DNA of 38,961 nucleotides from an uncultured Bacteroidales bacterium. GTDB taxonomy: Bacteria; Pseudomonadota; Alphaproteobacteria; Rs-D84; CACZYB01. The DNA lies in NCBI GenBank assembly GCA_964530355.1, contig CAZHAL010000001.1, positions 1 to 38,961 of the forward strand. The letters run 5' to 3'. Positions 33,923 to 38,961 of the stretch are shown here, in pieces (position 1 is the first letter of the stretch; every line of letters begins with the position of its first letter). Under the pieces are notes generated by a model, which made no database searches, had not been told where the DNA came from, and worked only from the letters and a program-made list of their open reading frames with translations. The translations under genes were made by a program, and so were the position numbers.

Positions 33923-34507
33923 TTATCTCCAACAATCACGCTTTCTTGCGAAATATGCTTGAGGATGAGCACATGCAGGACATACATCAGGAGCCTTTTC
34001 CCCAATATGTAAATATCCGCAATTCAAACATTCCCAAATAATACGTTCTGATTTTTTAAACATAGAATCTTCTTGCAATTCCTTTAACATGGAAAGAAAT
34101 CTTTCTTCGTGATGTTTTTCGGCAACCGCAATCGCACCCATAGCTTTTGCAATTTCTTCAAAACCTTCTTCACGTGCAATCTTTGCAAAAGTAGGATACA
34201 TTTCTGTATATTCTTCCTTTTCACCATTTGCAGAAGCAACAAGATTTTCCGCCGTATCCCCAATTACACCACAAGGGAACTGAACATCAACATTAATTGC
34301 GGACATACCGCCTTCTAAAAATTTAAAAAGACGTTCCGCATGTTCCTTTTCTTGATTCGCAGTTTCTTCAAAAAGCTTTGAAATTTGAACATAACCTTCT
34401 TTTTTCGCTTGTGAAGCAAAGAAAGTATATCTGTTTCTTGCTTGCGATTCGCCTGCAAAAGCGGTAAGTATATTTTTTTCGGTTTGAGAACCTTTTAAAC
34501 TTGGCAT
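33923..34507 (-). CDS. rbr: Rubrerythrin
   Basis: Four-helix diiron domain (TEKNILTAFAGESQARNRYTFFASQAKKEGY...EKEHAERLFKFLEG...EKHHEERF) plus a C-terminal rubredoxin-like CLNCGY...CPACAHP. Confidence 0.9.
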   Translation of the reverse strand: MPSLKGSQTEKNILTAFAGESQARNRYTFFASQAKKEGYVQISKLFEETANQEKEHAERLFKFLEGGMSAINVDVQFPCGVIGDTAENLVASANGEKEEYTEMYPTFAKIAREEGFEEIAKAMGAIAVAEKHHEERFLSMLKELQEDSMFKKSERIIWECLNCGYLHIGEKAPDVCPACAHPQAYFARKRDCWR

Positions 34508-34520
34508 TTTTAATCCTTTC

Positions 34521-34817
34521 TTATTTTCGAGATTTCACTTTTTCCAATTCACGAGTTATCTGTTTTTCAACATCCGCAAACGCATCATTGAAAGCAGCAT
34601 AAGCATCCCCGCCCTCTGATTTAGCAAAGAAATCGGAAAGCTTTAATTCAACTTTCACCGCCGCCTGAACTTTTTTATGCGGAGCATCGGTAAAAGTAAT
34701 ATTTGCAGAAATAAGTATTTGATTATATTTCTCAATTTTTTTTGAAATAGTTGACTTAACATATTCGGTCAAAGATTCTCCCACTTCAAAATTTTGCCCT
34801 ATAACTTGAATAGTCAT
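34521..34817 (-). CDS. hpf: Ribosome hibernation promoting factor (short HPF/RaiA family)
   Basis: 98 aa. MTIQVIGQNFEVGESLTEYVKSTISKKIEKY...AAVKVELKL...GDAYAAFNDAFADVEKQI matches the HPF/YfiA pattern. Confidence 0.8.
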   Translation of the reverse strand: MTIQVIGQNFEVGESLTEYVKSTISKKIEKYNQILISANITFTDAPHKKVQAAVKVELKLSDFFAKSEGGDAYAAFNDAFADVEKQITRELEKVKSRK

Positions 34818-34947
34818 TTGAAACCTCCGTTAGTTAGTTGAACACAATTTTATTTATAATAGATTTAAGGCATAATTTCAACATAAATTATTTTTGATTT
34901 TTCTCTCTTTATATGATATAATAAATATTATTCGGAGGATTTATATT

Positions 34948-36285
34948 ATGAAAAGATTTTTTTGTTTTTTAATTGCATTTACTTTTAGTATAGAGGTTTT
35001 AAGCTCTATTGCTCAAACATCTAAAAACACTAAAAGACAGGCAACCTCCAAATCTTCCAGAAAGGCCAGCACTTCCAATACGACAAGAAGGAACGCTGTC
35101 GCATCCTCCACAACAAAAACATCTGCCGACACATCCACCTTCGAAACCTGTATGGATAATATTTGCAAATCCGATACAGAGGAGGAAAAGGGTCGTTGTC
35201 GTTGCTCCTCTCAATTATCCCGAATTGAAAAAGTCCTTCGTGATATAGAAAAGGTTCAAAACCAGGCAGACGAGGAAAACAAAATCCTTGAAACTTTGAT
35301 GAACGTTTCCAATACCACTGCAATAACTGACGCAATGAGTTCCGTTTACGATAATATAAACAGTATCGAAAAGAAAGCCAAAACCGTAAACGCACAAAAA
35401 ATCGATGCAACCACCCTTGTGATGGAAGGATTACCGCTATACGAAGAATCTCTTAAAAAATGCGACAGCTCCCTTTCTTCTTTTTCAACCGAGGAAAAGG
35501 ATATAAAGATAAAGGAATATTCCAAATTAATAGAAAGCGACTGCGCCGCATATTCTACTATATTAAAGGAAAAAGCCGACAGTGCAAAAAATCTTCTTAT
35601 GCAGGCACAAAAAAATCGCGAAATGTTTGATGAGCAGGAATATAAAAAACTGAACCAACTTGATAATAATGCCTGTTATGTAGAATACGAAGCATGCGTT
35701 AAATCCGAATGTGGAACAAATTTTTCACATTGCAAGGATGATACTAATGTCCAAAGGGCCCTTAAAAAATGCCAGGCTGTCAACTACGGTAAATGCGAAG
35801 AAAACAAGGCTGTCGTAATGAAGGATATAAAGGCTTATATAGCAAAAGAACTTGAAAAGGTAAAATTGGCGGAATCTTGCAAATCCGCTTACGGACATCT
35901 TATCAACGGACAATGTTTATTCAAGGTTTTATATGTCGCCGATAAATGTAGCAGTGGAAAAGGTTGCGGATCCCAAGAAGAATATTGGGGAACTCCAAAT
36001 CAATCATATGTTTGTGAAGATACAAGAGGATCTTTCAAGGATCTTAAATCAGGATGTTGGGAAAGCTGTTACATCGAAGGTCCAAACGGCGAAAAATTTT
36101 TCAAAGGACATAACCAGGAAACCAATATGGTAAAACGTATCGGTATAGGTCTTCTTACCTCCGGCATCAGTGTTGCAACAGGAAACTGCACAACCTCCCC
36201 GGTAAAATTTTCAACACCTGCCGCACCTGAAGGTTGGGGCAACGATGGTTATCCGTTAAATCCTGAATTAAGAGGGACATTCTAA
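34948..36285 (+). CDS. Secreted protein with a basic S/T-rich tract and a Cys-rich body, unknown function
   Basis: Start at ATG 34948 (RBS GGAGGA), giving signal peptide MKRFFCFLIAFTFSIEVLSSIAQ. It has the tract TSKNTKRQATSKSSRKASTSNTTRRNAVASSTTKTS, then more than 25 Cys in patterns such as CMDNICKS, RCRCSS and CEENK. Confidence 0.55.
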   Translation: MKRFFCFLIAFTFSIEVLSSIAQTSKNTKRQATSKSSRKASTSNTTRRNAVASSTTKTSADTSTFETCMDNICKSDTEEEKGRCRCSSQLSRIEKVLRDIEKVQNQADEENKILETLMNVSNTTAITDAMSSVYDNINSIEKKAKTVNAQKIDATTLVMEGLPLYEESLKKCDSSLSSFSTEEKDIKIKEYSKLIESDCAAYSTILKEKADSAKNLLMQAQKNREMFDEQEYKKLNQLDNNACYVEYEACVKSECGTNFSHCKDDTNVQRALKKCQAVNYGKCEENKAVVMKDIKAYIAKELEKVKLAESCKSAYGHLINGQCLFKVLYVADKCSSGKGCGSQEEYWGTPNQSYVCEDTRGSFKDLKSGCWESCYIEGPNGEKFFKGHNQETNMVKRIGIGLLTSGISVATGNCTTSPVKFSTPAAPEGWGNDGYPLNPELRGTF

Positions 36286-37514
36286 TGACTAAATATTTAT
36301 TTATGTATTTTTTATCAATCACGACAATTTGTGTATCATTTTTTCAAAGCAAAATTGCAAACTCTGCTCCTAATAATAAAAGGGCTGCCACCGCAAACAA
36401 AAAACGCGCCGCAACCGCGGGCTCATCCGGCAAATCCGGGAACACAAAAAAAACTAATACCTCAACAAAAAAAAGCGTATCCAAATCTTACTCAAAAAGC
36501 TCATCTTCTTCCAAAAAATCCAATGATGAACCTGCCGGTTCCCTTTCAAAAGAACTTAAATGTTTACAGGGCAAACTTACCGAAATAATTGACGGACCTT
36601 GCAATTTTTTGGTTGATTCGGATATAAAGGACGGCCTTGGCGAAGAGGATTTATTCTGCCTGTATAATTATAAAGACTCCGGCAAAACTTCAAGCATTTT
36701 CAATTATTACTTAGGTGCATATTACGGCATCACCGAAAATGCAATCAAAGCCGACACCTCCATAGTCAATATTAAAAACAGTTCAAAAAATGCACTGAAA
36801 TATTATCAATACTTAATTGATGAAATCAACTATGACACATTAAAGGAAAGCAAAATCCTTGATAACGTAACCGACGCCGTCCTAAAAAACGCCGATTTGG
36901 ATACAAGTGTTCAAAACCCTATTGAAAGTAAAAATATCGATTCCGTTCCTATATCTATTGATATAGTTTCAAGCGATATTGAGGCCTGCACAAAGGCAAC
37001 CAAATCCGCAATGACCGAATGTAATGCCATAGGCGATTTAACAGTCAAAAGCAAAATTACCGAAAGTTGCACCAACTATAACGCTATCCTTATAAAATTG
37101 GCGGGTGCCAAAAAGGCCGAAGCCTTGGGCTATGAAACAGAAATTTTAAATGCCCTAAAACAAAGGGCAAACGCAGACTTCTATGATTACAAGGATATGG
37201 TCAATCTGGAAAAGGAAAAACTTGAACTTAAAAAAACATATACCGAAGTTGTAAATGAAACATCCGCCCTTGAATATAAGGAAAAAAGAGAAGAGGCAAT
37301 ACTAAAAATCGCCACCCTTACGGAAGAAATAAAAAATACAACTGATGAGGAAGTAAAAACTAAAAAACAAGCATCAATCAATACATACAAAGAACAAATT
37401 TGCTCTTATGACAAAACTATCAAAAAATATGATAAAACTTACACACCGGATGACGATTCCTCACATTGTAAGGACACTTCCTCATCTGATGACAAAGACA
37501 GCGACAAAGAATAA
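36285..37514 (+). CDS. Secreted protein with a basic S/T/K-rich tract, a Cys-containing middle and a coiled-coil/acidic C-terminus, unknown function
   Basis: Its ATG overlaps the upstream TAA (TAATG). Signal peptide ...SKIANSA, followed by the tract NNKRAATANKKRAATAGSSGKSGNTKKTNTSTKKSVSKSYSKSSSSSKK. The architecture parallels the upstream gene. Confidence 0.55.
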   Translation: MTKYLFMYFLSITTICVSFFQSKIANSAPNNKRAATANKKRAATAGSSGKSGNTKKTNTSTKKSVSKSYSKSSSSSKKSNDEPAGSLSKELKCLQGKLTEIIDGPCNFLVDSDIKDGLGEEDLFCLYNYKDSGKTSSIFNYYLGAYYGITENAIKADTSIVNIKNSSKNALKYYQYLIDEINYDTLKESKILDNVTDAVLKNADLDTSVQNPIESKNIDSVPISIDIVSSDIEACTKATKSAMTECNAIGDLTVKSKITESCTNYNAILIKLAGAKKAEALGYETEILNALKQRANADFYDYKDMVNLEKEKLELKKTYTEVVNETSALEYKEKREEAILKIATLTEEIKNTTDEEVKTKKQASINTYKEQICSYDKTIKKYDKTYTPDDDSSHCKDTSSSDDKDSDKE

Positions 37515-37550
37515 AAAAAGGACGGCAAACACCGTCCCTTAAATTTTTTT
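37513..37550. terminator. Bidirectional terminator between the secreted-protein pair and rpmJ
   Basis: Stem GGACGG (37520-37525) / CCGTCC (37532-37537), with A7 before and T7 a few nt after. Confidence 0.55.
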
Positions 37551-37561
37551 ACAGCAAGAAG

Positions 37562-37684
37562 TTATTGTTTTGCTTTAAATCTTGGATTCTTTTTATCAAT
37601 AGCATAAACACGTTTACCGCGACGAACTAATTGAACTGTACTACTTCTTTTTTTAGCTGATTTCAAAGAACTTAAAACTTTCAT
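37562..37684 (-). CDS. rpmJ: 50S ribosomal protein L36, non-zinc (YkgO-type) form
   Basis: [40 protein letters not shown] (40 aa) matches the Cys-less L36 paralog type. RBS GAGGT lies 6 nt upstream. The longer track ORF start is upstream of the promoter. Confidence 0.85.
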   Translation of the reverse strand: MKVLSSLKSAKKRSSTVQLVRRGKRVYAIDKKNPRFKAKQ

Positions 37685-37714
37685 TTTTACCTCACATAAT
37701 TTTATTATTTGCAT

Positions 37715-37743
37715 ATCATATATAAAGAGTCGCAAAATGTCAA
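37715..37743 (-). promoter_or_regulatory. rpmJ promoter (TTGACA-N17-TATGAT on the minus strand)
   Basis: Perfect -35, a 5/6 match at -10 and 17-nt spacing, about 30 nt upstream of the rpmJ ATG. Confidence 0.55.
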
Positions 37744-37789
37744 GGAAAAAGTAGGTATCTCTATAAAATAACCAGCTTTTCAAAGCCGA

Positions 37790-37845
37790 CAGTCTTTATG
37801 GCACACCCGCGGGGGCGGGGATCCGGGTGTGCCATGCTCTGACTG
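37790..37845 (-). repeat. Second copy of the nested GC hairpin element (minus strand CAGUC...AUGGCACACCCG-GAUCCCCGCCCCCG-CGGGUGUGCCAU...GACUG)
   Basis: A 12-bp stem with a C-rich 14-nt loop lies inside a 5-bp outer helix. It shares CAGUC / GGCAC / CCGCCCCC / GUGCC / GACUG in collinear order with 22196-22266. Confidence 0.6.
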
Positions 37846-37934
37846 CACCACCTCCCGAGATATTGTTGAAGTTAAATGTTGTAATTTTGTTTTCTCTTTT
37901 TTTACAAATATTTTTTTATAGGTCTGATTCTCCC

Positions 37935-37964
37935 AAACAAAAAACTCCCCACACAGGGGGAGTT
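37935..37964 (-). terminator. Rho-independent terminator of glycine-rich protein gene 2
   Basis: Minus strand reads AACUCCCC-CUGUGU-GGGGAGUU followed by U6. Confidence 0.7.
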
Positions 37965-37977
37965 AATAATCCGCAAG

Positions 37978-38808
37978 CTAGTATTTAAATTTATAAAGCA
38001 CCGCACAACCGGTACTTGAACTAGTACATGCAAATTTCAATGATGTATTAGTCATATGAGTTGCTTTTCCGTCAGAACACGGATAACCTCCTACCAAAGT
38101 TCTAACAGATCCGGGATAAAGCTCCACACCGATAGCGTTACCGGCACAATTACCATTATGACCTCCGCAACCTCTATTATCACTATTGAAAGCCTGTCCC
38201 GCACAACCTACTCTATCACCGCAATTACCGGAAATTCCACCTTTATAACCTCCGACACTTCCACCATCTCCTCCTTTATCAGAAGATCCGGCATCACCAC
38301 CGCCTCCAGCACCTATTGCACCACCAAGACCTCCTTGACCAGATGTATTTTCGACTTTTCCACCGCCTCCGCCACCACCTACAACTAAATACATACTTCC
38401 AATGCTTAACCAAGATCCGGCACCACCTCCACCTTCTTTTTTTTCAGAGGATCCTCCATTACCTCCGGCACAAAGCATATAGCTAGTATCATTATATACA
38501 GTAAAAGAATAGGCCAAAAATCCGCCGACACCTCCTCCATAATCTTTACCGCTACCACCTTTGCCTCCGCGTAAGAATACAACATATTCTCCCGAAGGAA
38601 GGGCAGCCGCCTTACATTTTGAAGCCGAAGGGTTTGCTATAATATCATAATTACTTGATGATTCATAGCTATAGCACTGTCCGTTCAACCCCTTTGAATT
38701 TCTAGGACAAGCAACACATTGATAAAATGTTTCCGCCTTGGCCTCGGTTGTGGAAATGCCGGTAAGCAATCCCAATGCCGAGATAGAAAATAAAAATTTG
38801 TGGTTCAT
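37978..38808 (-). CDS. Secreted Cys-rich / glycine-rich domain protein (paralog 2)
   Basis: Signal peptide MNHKFLFSISALGLLTGISTTEAKA, an N-terminal Cys module FYQCVACPRNSKGLNGQC, then SGEYVVFLRGGKGGSG and many GGxGG tracts (VVGGGGGGGK, GGLGGAIGAGGGGDAG, GGDGGSVGG). RBS AAGGAGAAAAAA. Confidence 0.7.
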   Translation of the reverse strand: MNHKFLFSISALGLLTGISTTEAKAETFYQCVACPRNSKGLNGQCYSYESSSNYDIIANPSASKCKAAALPSGEYVVFLRGGKGGSGKDYGGGVGGFLAYSFTVYNDTSYMLCAGGNGGSSEKKEGGGGAGSWLSIGSMYLVVGGGGGGGKVENTSGQGGLGGAIGAGGGGDAGSSDKGGDGGSVGGYKGGISGNCGDRVGCAGQAFNSDNRGCGGHNGNCAGNAIGVELYPGSVRTLVGGYPCSDGKATHMTNTSLKFACTSSSTGCAVLYKFKY

Positions 38809-38961
38809 AGTTTTTTCTCCTTTTGTTTTTTTTATTAAATAAGTTTTTTTAGTGTGGAGCGTTTGGCTCCGTTATTAAATATTTTTTGTTGTTGTTACCT
38901 CCTTAGTTTTATTAGTTTGAGTTTTTAAATTCTTTGTGTTTGTTTTTTTATAAATGAATCA

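Noticed and set aside
34894-34947. Upstream TTG start of the track ORF 34894-36285, and similarly long N-terminal extensions of track ORFs 14785-15894, 37562-37783, 23252-23635 and 6599-7429
   Set aside because: In each case an internal ATG preceded by a good Shine-Dalgarno gives a canonical N-terminus (signal peptide or conserved family start). The extension overlaps promoter or neighbouring-gene sequence.

Overview
This is a gene-dense, visibly AT-rich bacterial chromosomal window (about one-third G+C by eye, not computed). I found no rRNA, tRNA, CRISPR array, transposase or integrase. The gene content suggests an anaerobic, probably host-associated alphaproteobacterium: GapR/DUF2312, a YkgO-type L36, scattered and duplicated vir genes as in Rickettsiales, and rubrerythrin.

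Main blocks:
- (1) 1-2940: pyk (partial), gapR, a DUF5131 gene, rbfA and a DUF192 gene.
- (2) 2977-9853: a nine-gene ATP synthase operon in the N-ATPase order atpD-C-Q-R-B-E-F-A-G. The c subunit carries an ESTxxY Na+-type signature and the b subunit is fused to a delta-like domain.
- (3) 10008-15750: a type IV secretion module, virB8-virB9-virB10 plus a small secreted protein, abutting a convergent virB11. VirB9 carries a C-terminal SPOR domain. VirB10 carries an Ig-like insert and a poly-acidic tract.
- (4) 15876-21785: housekeeping and unknown genes, including an LptF/G permease, an orphan VirB2/TrbC-like pilin, tsaB and a PAS-GGDEF protein with a degenerate active site.
- (5) 21917-22330: a 400-nt GC-rich island of hairpins, followed by a glycine-rich and Cys-rich secreted protein, a small Cys-rich secreted protein, and a 180-nt rod-like inverted-repeat element.
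- (6) 23930-31314: the envelope cluster rseP-bamA-skp-(two unknown genes)-lpxD-fabZ.
- (7) 31409-33142: a second T4SS module with a VirB7-like lipoprotein and two VirB8-like paralogs.
- (8) 33284-38808: yqaA, rubrerythrin, hpf, two translationally coupled secreted Cys-rich proteins, rpmJ, a second copy of the GC hairpin element, and a second glycine-rich paralog.

The most unusual signals are the GC-rich structured elements paired with the glycine-rich secreted protein family, and the remodelled T4SS components.

All functional calls come from motif recognition by eye. No database search was run.
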